Positions 1-12,800 of a stretch of 64,000 bases of DNA are shown one piece after another. The stretch spans positions 27,299 to 91,298 of the forward strand of contig NIVC01000941.1 of NCBI GenBank assembly GCA_002269645.1, in the 5' to 3' direction. The stretch is from Macrostomum lignano (taxonomy: Eukaryota). Position numbers and translations under genes: made by a program. The notes beneath the pieces were generated by a model. It saw only the letters and a list, made by a program, of their open reading frames with translations, was not told the DNA's origin and searched no databases. Numbering within the stretch: the first letter of the stretch is position 1; each line of letters opens with the position of its first letter.

Positions 1-302
1 GAAGTCCGTTACAGTTACTTTGCAACAATCGCAATATTTAAATTTAAAACTGATATGCTTAGCTATTACTCCAGTTGTCACATTTTTAGCATTTTTCATT
101 CCTAAATTCAAAACTAAGTGAATAATATCATACGGTATTACGCTGTAATTAATAAAGAAATACTTGAAACATGTTTTTACTTTGTTATTTTCGGTAAAAT
201 ATTTTTGCTTTTTGTTTTTAAGTTAATAAAAATATTTTGTTTAGTTCTTAGAAACAAACAACCAAAGAAAGAAATTCATCTGTAGTCTCCACAAATCCAC
301 TC

Positions 303-588
303 AGTGATCGACGTAGCCAGGAATTTTAATTGGGGGGGGGGGGGCGTTGGCCTGGCTGGCCATGCCTCATGCCATTGCCACTTTTAGCGCCGCAGGCACT
401 CATTTAAGCGCCGCAAGCACTCATTTAAGCGCCGCAGGCACTCATTTAAGCGCCGCAGGCACTCAATCGCCTCATGGTTTTTGGTACCCGCCACGCCCAA
501 CCCCACCCCCCCAGGTGGGGTGTCTTGCAGGTGGGGTGAAGTTGCCGCCCCAACGATTGTTAAGGCGGCCTCCCTGGCTACACCACTA
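303..588. mobile_element. Small MITE-like insertion with imperfect TIRs, nested in the hAT-like element
   Basis: CGTAGCCAGG followed by a G-run at 312-344 versus CCTGGCTACACCACT at about 573-587 (inverted). The interior carries a 21-bp minisatellite. Confidence 0.4.
386..466. repeat. 21-bp minisatellite (AGCGCCGCAGGCACTCATTTA) x~4
   Basis: Direct reading of the tandem units. Confidence 0.9.
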
Positions 589-2069
589 AAGTCCACTGGC
601 ACTGCACTGCACTGCACAATAATTTAATATTATGATAAATTGAAAATAAATAAAAAGACTAGTAAAGCAGACTATAGAGTGGAGTAAAGCCAGGTACTTA
701 TTACGAGCGATGTATTATCAAGGACAACTGAAGTTACGTTAAGTTGTCCTTGTGTATTATAACTTATAATGTTATTAAAAATTAAATTGCGTTTTGCCTT
801 TAACGTTTCTGACCTTCAGCTTCTCTTCTTTTACGGAAAGGGCCTAAAGTGATTAAAATTTAATACAGTTACTGAAATTAATGTTGTTTTATTCTTCCTC
901 CTGGCTTTCGCGATCATTTGTGCTGTTCCAGCGCATTTGCAATGTTAAAAAAGCAGAAAATTTTGTTAATAACATAGGTAACGGAAGTAAGTAACGGAAG
1001 TAACTTAAAAGTTACCGGGTTTTTGTATAAAGTTACTAGGCTAACGTAAGTTACTTTTTAAAAAGTGGTAACTTAAGTTACAGTAACGCAAGTTACTTTT
1101 TTGAGTAACTTGCCCAACACTGTCTCTTCGACTCCGCACAAGTTAATCTTTCCTACGATTGAATGACAAAAGATCTTGCATCGAAAGTTTACGTTGCATT
1201 CGAAAATCGGCCCAATGCTTCCCAACGAAAACCTTCGCTGCAAAGTTTTCACAGGCTTAGGTATTTACATAAGGTATGTTTCAACCATGTTTCCTTATAC
1301 TGCCACCCTTGCTTCTCGTAAAATCGAAACAGTCACTGCAGAGGCGGAGTCTCCGTGCAGACTTAAGGCTGACACGCCCAGACACTGGGAGCAGTAGAAG
1401 CATGCGGCAGAGACAGCAGCTGCCATGTAGTGAAACAAGCCCCGTGTCGACCCCACTTCACTTTGCGTCGCTCCTGCAATTATGTCCCCCACCCCACCTC
1501 TAAAGTCAATTGTTGGGCCTACGCTCTGACTTAACTCTTTAGCTGAAATGATTTTGCCGAGAGCCTCTGAATTGCGTCTAGCTGGACTGGAAATCTTGGA
1601 AGCAGCCTCGCGATCCTCTGACTCTGTGGGCGTCAGCGTCAGCGTCTGGCAAACTTCTTTTGTAACAAAAGATGTTGGGGGGAGCCAGCATGAAAGCAAG
1701 GTATGCGAGGTGTTTTCTGAATGACAGCAGGTTGGAAGCTCTGCTTGGTTGCTTTAGAAAGTAGATTTCAATGTTGAACAGCAATACTTTACGTGTACTT
1801 ACTGAATGAGAGGCTACGGTTGCAAGTGAAAAGGGGAGCGAGAGACACACAGAGAGAAATATATCAATCGAGAAGATAGTAGCAAGCCAAGATAAGTGCG
1901 AAAATGGGACAAACAGACGAAGAAGAAAGGGAGAACAAGCAAGGAAAAATATAGGGAAGGATTTAAGGCCGCATGCGAGTGGAGCACGTCATTCATGCAT
2001 GCTGCCTGTGCTCTGTAAAACAAGGAAAGGACAGGAATGCTAGAAAGAAACAAGAACAAGACAGGAGGC

Positions 2070-2115
2070 CCGGACCCCGCCCCTTTCATTGGCAGTCAGC
2101 AGAGCTGTCCAATCG
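2070..2115 (+). promoter_or_regulatory. Possible proximal promoter of the 5-HT1-like gene (GC box plus two CCAAT boxes)
   Basis: CCCCGCCC at about 2075, ATTGG at about 2087 and CCAAT at about 2109, roughly 180-220 bp upstream of the ATG at 2292. Motif presence only. Confidence 0.3.
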
Positions 2116-2291
2116 CCGTTTCCCATGCTTGGTAGCGCCTGCAGTAGGGAAACCAGCGCCTTTGCTCGACAGCTGCTTGCCTGCCTCCGGTTAGCTTTAT
2201 TTCTCGCCCGTCTCTCGCAGGCTACTGATAGACCGCGTAAGTATTGAATCGGAAAAGCTTCTTGGTCCTCGGCATCTTCAGCACCTGCACG

Positions 2292-5200
2292 ATGTGGTCT
2301 TCCGTTGCCATGGCAACCCCTGGTCAGGGTATGACGCTACCGATGCAGCGAAACGACAGCAACGTGTCGACAGGAACGGTTGCGTTACCGGCGGGTGACA
2401 ACGTAACTGCGCTGGCATTTCAAGCCCGCTACGGGTATTTGCACATCGTTCTGACCAGCTGCATCCTGGGAGTCATCATTCTGTGCACCATAATTGGCAA
2501 CGTGTTTGTAGTGGCGGCTATTATCCTGGAGAAGAACTTGCAGGTAAGGTCTGACTCCCCGACTTGTTCAATGCATCGATATTTTGAAGACAGGGTATTC
2601 CAAAGTTTATAAGCGCTAAGTTGTACGTAGCCATTCATTTTCAAGGGTGGAACTGCTTGACTGGCATTGTATTGATTTTTCTGACACTGATTCTTTTAAG
2701 TACTTCTGGTCTGTTGAAACTCTTTACAGGGTATGGACGTCTCAGGGTGTGTTGAAAAACTGTTAAAGCTTTGAGCTCTACAGCAAATAGACTACGTCAA
2801 ATATTCAAAATATACTCCTATTTTACTTATAATGCGGTAGAAAAAGCGAATTTCTCCCCTGTAATTCGTCAAACATGGTGTATAGAAAGTTTCTCCCATA
2901 CACGTACAACTACAACTACAAAATACAACAAATAGCAAAAATATGCTCTCATCAGTAGGTCTGAAAACAGCCCTGAAATGACAGTCAGTCAGAAACCCTT
3001 GCTACTGCTACATCCTCGGTTTCAAATGCATAATGAGAAGGCATTTTTGGTGAAAATTGGAGAAAAACTCTTGAAAAGTGGTCCAAAATTGCCCGGGTTG
3101 TGAAAGCTTCTCGAACTTCTTCAGAGTTTTCCAAATCACGTTGTGCTTATTCTTGCGATAGCCAGTTTGCATCAGTTCAGAGGATTTAACCTTGTGTAGA
3201 GAATATTGCAAGACTTGAGCTTTCATTTATTTACGATAAAATTATTAAAGAAACATAAGCCACGAGTTTCTTTGTGATCGCGTGAGGAGTACAATTTCTG
3301 CTCCAAAAATAAATTTGCTCTATCTGAGCAACTCGACTCCTTTGTGCTTTTCGGTTCACTACTCCATTGCTCATGTGAGCACTTGAAGCGAGCAATGGAC
3401 TGCACGCGGAAGTCTTCATTGATATAGCTTGAACTCTAACGATGGGAAAGCATGGCATCATAAATGATGGCCCTCTTGAGATCCGAAAAGCATGACAATC
3501 AAGCAACGGGGCGTCACTTGCAGTATAAAAATGTTTTCACGCCAATTTCGCATCCTTCTTCGCTGCCCAGCCTTTGCTTGTCTCACCGGCTCATGAGCAC
3601 TTGTCTAATCTTTGCTTGGCTCACCTGGCTCATGAGCACTTGTCTAATCTTTGCTTGCCTCATCGGCTCATGAGCACTTGTCTAATCTTTGCTTGTCTCA
3701 CCGGCTCATGAGCACTTGTCTAATCTTTGCTTGTCTCACCTGGCTCATGACCACTTGTCTAATCTTTGCTTGTCTCACCTGGCTCATGACCACTTGTCTA
3801 ATCTTTGCTTGTCTCACTGTCTCATGACCACTTGTCTAATCTTTGCTTGTCTCACCTGGCTCATGAGAACTTGTCTAATCTTTGCTTGTCTCACCTGGCT
3901 CATGACCACTTGTCTAATCTTTGCTTGTCTCACCTGGCTCATGACCACTTGTCTAATCTTTGCTTGTCTCACCTGGCTCATGACCACTTGTCTAATCTTT
4001 GCTTGTCTCACCTGGCTCATGACCACTTGTCTAATCTTTGCTTGTCTCACCTGGCTCATGAGCACTTGTGTAAATGGGGAAACCCGGTGGTGAACCTCTG
4101 GCCTCAGCTCAGAATTGTGCAATTTCTCACCGAGAGAAGGCATTTTCAGCCTCCCTCTGGTGATCGGAGTACCGTTTCACTTTTTCGTCAACTGCTACTC
4201 AAAACAGCCTCCGTTCCCACCTGAACTCAGAGTTCTGCCAGTCCAGCATGCAATGCTGTGAGAAGGAGGAAGAAAGGAAAGGTGGAGAGCAAGAGAAGAG
4301 ATGGAGAGTATTCCGATGCGGCAGTAAATTGGCTGATGCTTGATGAATAATTGAGAATCTAATCGGTATCCAGCCTGCTTCACCCATTCTTCTGCCCATC
4401 TGTGCTTCGGTTTTAACTTCAACTTGGTCCTTCCTACCTAGCAACCTTGCTTGCGATCGCGACTGGCTCGCTGTTGATCTTTACGAGTATGCCTCCTTGC
4501 GACGGTAACTGGACCAGACTTTGACGGATTATACACAATAAAATCACGCGCTCGTAAAAATCAATCGACTTCTACGAGTCACAAAACGTCATTTCTTGAG
4601 CTGTGACTCGCTGCAAACAGGAAGCAGTAGATTTAACAGGCCCGCAGTTGGCTGAAGAGGCTTCGCGAGGGAGGAACACTCCGCCGGATTGCAGTTTTTC
4701 CTTCTCAGCAAGATGCCATTGCATTGTACCCAACCTGCAATATTTTTGCGCAAGAAACTGCAAAATTTAGCCGGTTTACTTCTTGCTGTGCAGCTTGGAG
4801 ACAAGACGCGGCACTTTTACGCCATGCCTTCAGATGCACTTCCAAGCCTCTACTACGCTCGTACACGTTTAGACTTAGTAAAAGTCATATAAAAAGAAAA
4901 GAAAGGCATAAAAGTGGTCATAAAATCAACCGTTAGCTTTAAATTGGGACTGGTGCAAAGAACCTACGGTCCAGATGGTTGCGATGCTTCCATCGGCCCG
5001 GCGGCCTTCGCAGCCGATCAAAACGATCCCCCGTTTGTGTGTAAGGAGATGAAAAAGAAAGCCGATTAAACCCTGCCTGTCCATTTGCTTTTTTGACTTG
5101 GCGGCGGAATCCGCAGTTCTGGCAGAGAACTGTTCAGCTAAAACTACTCAGTAATTCGAAAATCTTCTTTGGTGGCAGCATCCGTAAAGGACATGGCTAC

Positions 5201-6823
5201 CATCTGCATTTCAATCTATTGAGACTGGAATTTTAGTTACTGAAGCAGAAGAGGAAAAAATGGCAGCGAGTACAAAAATTGGCGAGTTTGGTGTGGCCAA
5301 ACCGGATTAATAATAGGAAGCCTACGAAGAGCGACTTAAGCAATTCCTCGTCGTGAATAAAGTGACTGAAGCGAGCGAGCCTGATCACTGTGATAGCCAA
5401 TGACTGATATCAATTGCTACGCAGCTTGCTATCGCCTGCTTGCTATGGATGTGGCTTACGAAGATCAAGTAAAGATGCTGAGGGAACACTTTAGCCAAGG
5501 GGTCGGCCAAACCCCGGCCCGCTCGAGGTTTTTGTCTCTTCTCAGATTTCCTCCATTTTTTCTCCTCTCCTCCCCTCTCCTCTCCTTTATTCCCTCGCAT
5601 CTCCTTTCTCCTATCTCTCTACTCTATTCTCTCTTCTCAATTCCCTCTCCTCTCTGCCCTCCCCTGGTCAGCAGTCATGCACTAGGTTCCCTATCTGGCC
5701 CGTGAAAAAAGAAAAGTTTGCCGACCCCTGCTTTCGCTCGAAGCCGAAGATTTTCGTCAGATCCGACATGAATGAGAAACAGTGAGTGACTTTGTTGCAA
5801 GTCTGCGGAGTTTGACAGCCACTTGCGACCACGAAAACTTTCTGAAAGACGGGTTCGTCGTTGGCCTCAGGAACAGGCTCATCAAGCGGCGTTGGCTACA
5901 GGAAGAGAAGCTGACCCTGGCATGCGCACTAACGTTAGCGACTGCGATGGAAGCAGCAGAGCGAGATGTCGTGACTATCGCCTCCTCCAGAAACTTGTCG
6001 GTCATGGTGTCAATTTCTCGAAAGAAACTAACAAATAATCTACTTCAGTGCAACATGGGAAAAGGAGCCGCATCCAAGATGGACTCCGCCCCATCAGTAT
6101 ATCATCAAATTCAAAAGAACAAAGGATCATTCAAATGCTGACGCACTTTCGCGTCTATCAGTGCCTTGTGTCTTGGAGGTCAGGCTAGAACTGCTACCAG
6201 TGAATACAGAAAAGATGCAAATCGAAACGAAGATTCACAGCTTCAGATAGTTGTTCGATACTATCAAAATGGTTGGCCAGAAACCTGTGAGCAAGAGTTG
6301 GAACAGTACTTCAGGAAGCGGAACGAGTTGTGCATTGAGCATACTTTGGGGAGTACGAGTCATTATTCCAAGGAGCGTACAACAGATCGTGTTAGAACTG
6401 CTTCATGGTAGACATCCAAGAATCTTTGCAAAGAAATCCATTGCTAGACTGTATGCATGGCTCCCAGGAATCGACAAGGCCATAGAAGCCCTATTCCGTA
6501 GTTTTGAAGGCTGTCAGCTGCAAAGGAATTTGCAATAGCCATGAAAGAGAAATGGTATTGACGACTATACTTTCGACAATTGGCTTGTTTCAGCTCAATT
6601 TATAATCAATGTCAAATTCACTTGAGCACGTTGTTTATTGTTTTTTTCCAGTATAATTTTGTCAATAAAACGCTCAAACACTCTAAGGACTTTTTTAAGG
6701 ACTTTTTCGTAATTATATAAGAAACTGAGAAAATTTGCAGAACCCCAATTCCGAAAATTCATCGGGATCCCGATCCCGAACCCCGACCTAACCCGAACCC
6801 TGAGCACTCCTGCTCTAGACTTT

Positions 6824-6861
<38 letters not shown>

Positions 6862-9800
6862 AGATGGATTCCTGCTGAAGCTGTGGTCCAGTATTCTATG
6901 GACTTCTGGTCAACAGGCAAGTCTGGAAGCGACACATCGATCAAATCATCAGAGCATTGTCCAGCCACCGCCCAGTCTGAAGGACTCAGAGCAACTAAAC
7001 TAACTCAGAGCGAGAGCGGCAACTCAACAAATCAACTCAAATGACGTCAAGCCAAAAAGAGACCCAGGCAAGGATGACTAGGATCACACTGATGGCAAGG
7101 ATGACAAGGATCACACTGATGGCAAGGATGACTAGGATCACACTGATGGCAAGGATGACAAGGATCACACTGATGGCAAGGATGACAAGGATCACACTGA
7201 TGGCAAGGATGACAAGGATCACACTGATGGCAAGGATGACAAGGATCACACTGATGGCAAGGATGACAAGGATCACACTGATGGCAAGGATGACAAGGAT
7301 CACACTGATGGCAAGGATGACAAGGATCACACTGATGGCAAGGATGACAAGGATCACACTGATGGCAAGAATGACAAGGATCACACTGATGGCAAGGATG
7401 ACAAGGATCACACTGATGGCAAGGATGACAAGGATCACACTGATGGCAAGGATGACAAGGATCACACTGATGGCAAGGATGACGCTGATCCTGGTCAAGA
7501 AGCATGAACGCGAGGACCTTGGGGGATAGAACCAAGTTGAGCAAACCGCATCGTTCGCAATACAGTTGCTAAATTTGGATTACTGACAATGCCACTTTTT
7601 ATTGAGAAAAGGGGGAGTGCACGAGTATATGAGCTGCATTACACATTAAATTTATACATTATACACTACAGCGCCCAGCTCCATGCTCTTGACAAGCTGC
7701 GACTAAAGTAGAAACAAGCAGTTCAAGTCGAGGCCGCTGAATAAAATTTAAAATAATTCGCTTTGCCCAAAACATTACGGCCAGCTCATGGAAGTCTCTC
7801 AAGACTGGAATCGCAGTTAATACAGAAGTAGAAGCATACAGGCCCTCAGTAAAGAACGTATCTGAATAGTGTCGGTTGTCAGTCAATTTGTCACTATAAA
7901 CATTGCCTCCTGACATATGACGTAGTTTCTAAGATGCAACTACGAGTATTAGCTACCCTAAAAATATAGGGGATTGTAGCCTAGACAATCCCAATTGTAG
8001 CCCAGTAGTCAGAGCGTCAGACTCGCAACTGAAAGGTCGGGGGTTCGATTCCCGATCCCACTAGACACAATTTGTGTCTTTGAGCAGGACACTTAAATCT
8101 GCATTGCTTCAGTTCACCCAGCTATAAAATGGGTGCCAGCATTAGCTGAGGTAATTGAGGGTGTGTGGCGACCCCCCCCCCAGTCCTTGGACTGAACAGC
8201 AGTACGCAGCCTTCAGATGCGCCGCGCAATAGCTGCGGCTGAGCTGTCGGTTGCACATCTGCCAATTGGGGCAGGTGTAATCAATTACTATTAATATTAT
8301 TTTTTTATTATTGTTATGAAGAGGCAAAAAGTTCACTGAGCTGAGCTTACTGAGTGTAGCAAGAAAGTGGAAATTGCTGAGATTCGGGTCATTAATCTTT
8401 AAATTTCTTTTACTATTTTGCTCAGAAACCCGCCATGGGAGCAGGGGTCTGCGGGTATAAACTAGCAGCCGGAGAGACTCGGCTCATTCCCAGTCCACGT
8501 CTTCTCCGCGAGAGCTGGAACCGGTTTTTGAGTGGGGTTCAAATTTGCATTCACGTCTCGACTGCCCGACCTGCAACTCGAAGAGGAGGCCTTGGCTGGA
8601 ACGCGGGGGGGGGAGTTTTAAAATTCAAGCTGATGCAGAGATGCACTTCTCCCGTTGTGTCTGTGTTTGTGACTCGGTTTATAGTGAATTTCAGTTGAGG
8701 TCATATTAGTCAATTCACTTTCTCTCCCATTTATCTGGAGCGCAACTTTCATGCCAGCGGCAACTTTCTCCTCAACACAGCAATTCAACAAGCTCTAAAG
8801 GAGAAACCCTAAAAAGTTACGGAATGCACGAAGCAGGAAAAACAGTCCACACTGAAAGCAAGGTGTGGACCACACTGAAACAGGCAGAAAGGAAGGAGTG
8901 GCTTGCATCACGAGGGTGCTGAAAAGTGAAAGCGAAAAGAAAACTGGGCGGAGAAGCCAACCAAGCTCTGCTTCTTCCATTATTCTAGAAGCAAGCGGGA
9001 ATCAATCAGTTTGGCTGAATTAATTATTAAGCGACTGTAAATAATGACGGCCAGGAGCAGCTCACCGGCTGACGCACCTGCCGTCCCAGTCGCAACATGC
9101 GGCATTTCTCCCCTCCCTCTCCTCCTCTCTGTCCATCTCTTTCCACAGGAAGAAACACACTTGAATGCCGCAAGAAGTCTGCGCAGATAATAAGGAAAAA
9201 GCGATTCTACAAAAGGGAGAATAAAGGAAAACAGTCCGCTCCGTAGGCGTGGCCTTGTTATCTTTCTGATTGCAAAACAAACTCGTGCAGCTCCTCAAGT
9301 CCCTCCCCGCCTCCCTGACCAGCAGCTCCTTAGTCCCCGAAGTGCAGCCATACTTGGATCTTAGCCTATAGTTTTGCGAAGTACAAGCAAATCATTTCTG
9401 AACCAACCAACGCCTCAGCAGCAATTGCAGCCTATGTTAAAAGGGTTCCTCATGCCTATGAAGACGTTGGGTTAGATGCAATTTTTGTGAAAATGCACTG
9501 CAGTTCCGACTATTTCAGTCTGTTCCCATGCCTCAATCTTCTCTGTCTCACTTCAGCCCCTTGAACTTCTGTCAGCCACCTGCTTGTGTGAAATGATGAG
9601 GACTGGCCTCTCAGCAGCCCATTGTCAAACTCGCGAACGGCTCTCCTCTCCCTCACCTGTTCTCACATGAGCCTGGGAAACTTACCACTCTGCCCATGGG
9701 GGGAGGGGCTTGATGCAGCTGGGGAAAATATGTGTTGAAAAGATGGAAACAAACAAAGTCTGATAATTCACAAGGCTTTGCTTTATTGATTTCTATTCCC

Positions 9801-12800
9801 AAGCAGGTTTGGAAATTGAGGCATTGAGATCCAATCCAGACTATTCTCACAATCAGGATTTAGCGTGCAGTCCACAACTACACTTTCCAAAGTGTTATGG
9901 ATTCAATCAAAGAACATTCAAATACTCTCATTATTTGAGAACATTCGTTTCACCCGAAACTCGCTTTTCCAGAGCGTGTCCAACTACCTGATCGTGAGCC
10001 TGGCCGTGGCCGACCTCATGGTGGCCACCCTCGTCATGCCCATCAGCGCGCTGAACGAGCTGTCGAAGTACTGGTGGCTTGGTAAGGCTTAGTTGTGCCC
10101 GCCGCCACTTCAAGCCCTGTGCCAGGCCTTCTGGAAGGCCTCGATGATGTGGTGGTGACTGTGGCCTGACTTTTGATGACGCTTGAAAAATTTCTCCCTA
10201 TCGCTAAGCCCAGTGCAGTCGGGACGCTGCACTCGACATCAACTAGTCCTCCCCCATTCTCTTTCTCCCTCGGGCTATCGTTGCGAAGTCCCAATGGGAT
10301 CAGCCAGTTGGTCCCGCGCTGCACTTGCTCGCATGCATGCCAAGCTGCTGGATTTCTCCCCCTCTCACTCTCCCACATTTGCTCTGCGCTCGTCTTCAAC
10401 CGTCGTGGCCGCTTATGACAGCTGAAGCTTCCCGTTGCTTCTCTCGGCTCTGCCCCTTCCCTTCTCCCTCTCTCTCGGTCCTGACAACAGTAAGACCCTC
10501 TCGCATGCTAGGGAGATTAGCAGACAGAAAAGTTGCCGCCCTGCCGAGGGAGAGCAGGGGAGTGAGAGCAGGAAAGGGGAGAAAACCGCGAACTGGCGGG
10601 GCCCCATTTGAAAATTGGAAGCCCGGAGCCAAAGTCTTTCTTGATCGAAAGAGCCCTCCCTCTGAACTGGCAGCTAAGCGGGAGACGAAAGGCCCGCAGC
10701 AACTGCCACCCTCACTTTTAGATATGGGGGAAATTTCTGCAAAAAGACAGACCTACGCAACTTTGAGTTTGGGGATTTTTACCAGAAATTTGCTTCCTCA
10801 CTGGTTGGCGGGAAATGACTGGCTGGAGGCAGTCAAGCAGGGGAGGCTTCGATCAGTTGTTTTGTCGCGCGCGCGTGCCCAACCGCGGACCCCGGGATTA
10901 TAAGCAACTGGACTGGAAGGCTAAAAATAACCCATACCACAAGGGGGCATTAGTTTCCTACACAGCTTATCTGCAGAGGGGCATGAATTGCTAACACAAA
11001 TCACATAAATGCACTGGATCGAACAGCAAAAAAACAGGCTGTCCAGTTACTTCATCCATGAAGCAAGGGTTGAAGTTGTTGCCGCACAGGCCTCTGACAA
11101 ACTTGCGGTTCACTGCGGCATTATCAACGCACACTGCACAAACGGTGAAATTCAACTTTCTTAAGACACTCATCGCCTGGTGAAACCATTCTGTAAGTTT
11201 CTTCGCAGTCAATGTTGCAACGGCATGCATCGCAATCATGTCCTTGTATTGACTCGCTACAGAGCGGATCATGAAGCAGCAGAGTGTCTTTGCTGTAGCT
11301 CCATCTGCATCCAGTCCATTCAACTGACCATTGTTGTACTCAACCCGATTGGCAATGTAGATCTCATCGATCGCAAGGACGACAACTTTCTCAACTTGTT
11401 CAAGCTTAGATGCCCGAAGTTTAAGATAGCCTTCGTTATCCAGACCTACCTTAGAACCAACTCTAGCTGTGATGGACCTCAAAGTGCGATCAGATGGCAG
11501 ACAAAGTGCCTCCTGCTCCAGCATGGTCTTGTATGCAGCGGCACTGATTGAGTAAATTAAATACGCAAAAACGAGAAGCTCCTGCGAGTACCTGCGAGCA
11601 GAGGCTGGCTTCCTACTCAACTTCAATTGCTCCAAAGCAAAGCTCACCGTTCGGTTATCTGCCAGCTCTTCCACCTCTTCTAACAGGTCTTCAGCCATAT
11701 CCAGCAGATGCGAAACTTTATCGTCAGACTCGGCCGTATCCTCCTTTAAAATCTTGATTCTCGACATGATGTTAACAAGCTGGCTAAGGGTCGAGACCTT
11801 GCCATTAGTCAACAGATCGACAAACCTATTCATCTTCAGAGGCAATCCACGGAATCCAAATGTGACGGTGAGGTCTTCAGCCAAGCAAATATAGCACGCA
11901 ACATGAAAATTGGGCTCCATCTCAAGCATGTAAATGCACAGCTTGCCGTCACACAGAGAGAATTGAAAACCTGCTGGCTTACTCTCCTCCTGATCAAGTC
12001 TGGAGCGCACGTCGTGTAGGCTGCAATCAGCAATTGAGTCGGCTTCCTGAAAGGTGTCGATGCTGCTTTGCAGGGCACTGAGTTCCCGCTCCAGACGTTC
12101 AGAAGAAGTCGCCGCTGTTGATCTCTGCGGCTTTTTTTCAGAGGACAGGTAGGATGGAGCGTTGGGAAAGATGGACGGCACAGCCCCTTGTTTCAAAAGG
12201 CGTCTTAGTAGTTGCTCCTTGCTCTTCTTACGTGCGACGTTTGTATCCATGGAAGTCGTCCGGATGAAAATGTCTGGAGCAAATCCTTGAGCTTTTTGTT
12301 GGCTCAAACTCCTGACTTGGGTTGGCTCGCTTCCACTTTTCCAGAAGGGCGGGGTCCTTCCATGGAAAACTATGGAAGCTGACTCCTGCGACAGTTCCAT
12401 TTGCTCGATTTGAGCATCCGTACGCTGAGCAAGCCTTCACCATTAGTCGTCTTCACTCTCAGAGTCGATCAGACAATTATGAGTGCTAGTTAGCAAAAAC
12501 AAGGAGAGATCGTTTTTAGGACATGCTGTACAGTGCAGCGATTCTTGTAGTCCACTATAGGCCACAACCCCGGCCGAAATACGAACAGGGACGAATTGGA
12601 ATGTACATTGTAGAGAGAGCTTTTTAGTGTACAACGAAAGCTTTCCTTCCCTCGTGGAACAAACACCCCAAGCCCCCAACTGGGGGACAGAAGGGAGAAG
12701 CAGTGCCCCCCTGTGGTATAGGGTGGAAAATAAAATTATCTCTCCTTCCAGTCCAGTTGCTTATAATCCCGGGGTCCGCGGCCCAACCCGCTTTGGAGAC

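Larger units (their letters stand above)
1..1122. mobile_element. Right part of a non-autonomous hAT-like DNA transposon (MITE); left end lies outside the window
   Basis: Ends in ...GAGTAACTTGCCCAACACTG (reverse complement CAGTGTTGGGCAAGTTACTC, a CAGTGTTGGG-type terminus). Many subterminal AGTAAC/GTTACT motifs at 1-20 and 975-1110. AT-rich and non-coding. Family assignment is from recall only. Confidence 0.5.

Noticed and set aside
4069-4570. 5' LTR of the Gypsy relic
   Set aside because: It has a TG start and an AATAAA, but no second LTR copy, clear PBS or TSD was found.
7037-7544. Long repetitive ORFs (MARMTRITL, CHQCDPCHP; likewise 3689-4224, 18335-18962 and 27107-28442)
   Set aside because: They arise automatically from stop-free minisatellites with periods divisible by 3, are often open on both strands, and have no splice or domain support.
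7969-8065. Functional tRNA genes (also 32050-32120 and 37930-38000)
   Set aside because: A and B boxes are present, but the acceptor and T stems do not pair and the sequences continue into SINE bodies.
10325-10903. 192-aa ORF and neighbouring ORFs in 5-HT1 intron 2
   Set aside because: No recognisable domain; it lies in GC-rich repeat-like DNA that the THAP element interrupted.
12240-12260. Programmed +1 frameshift between the THAP domain and the transposase body
   Set aside because: GAC TTC CAT is not a known shifty context, and the element is also 3'-truncated. A single-base insertion or consensus error is simpler.
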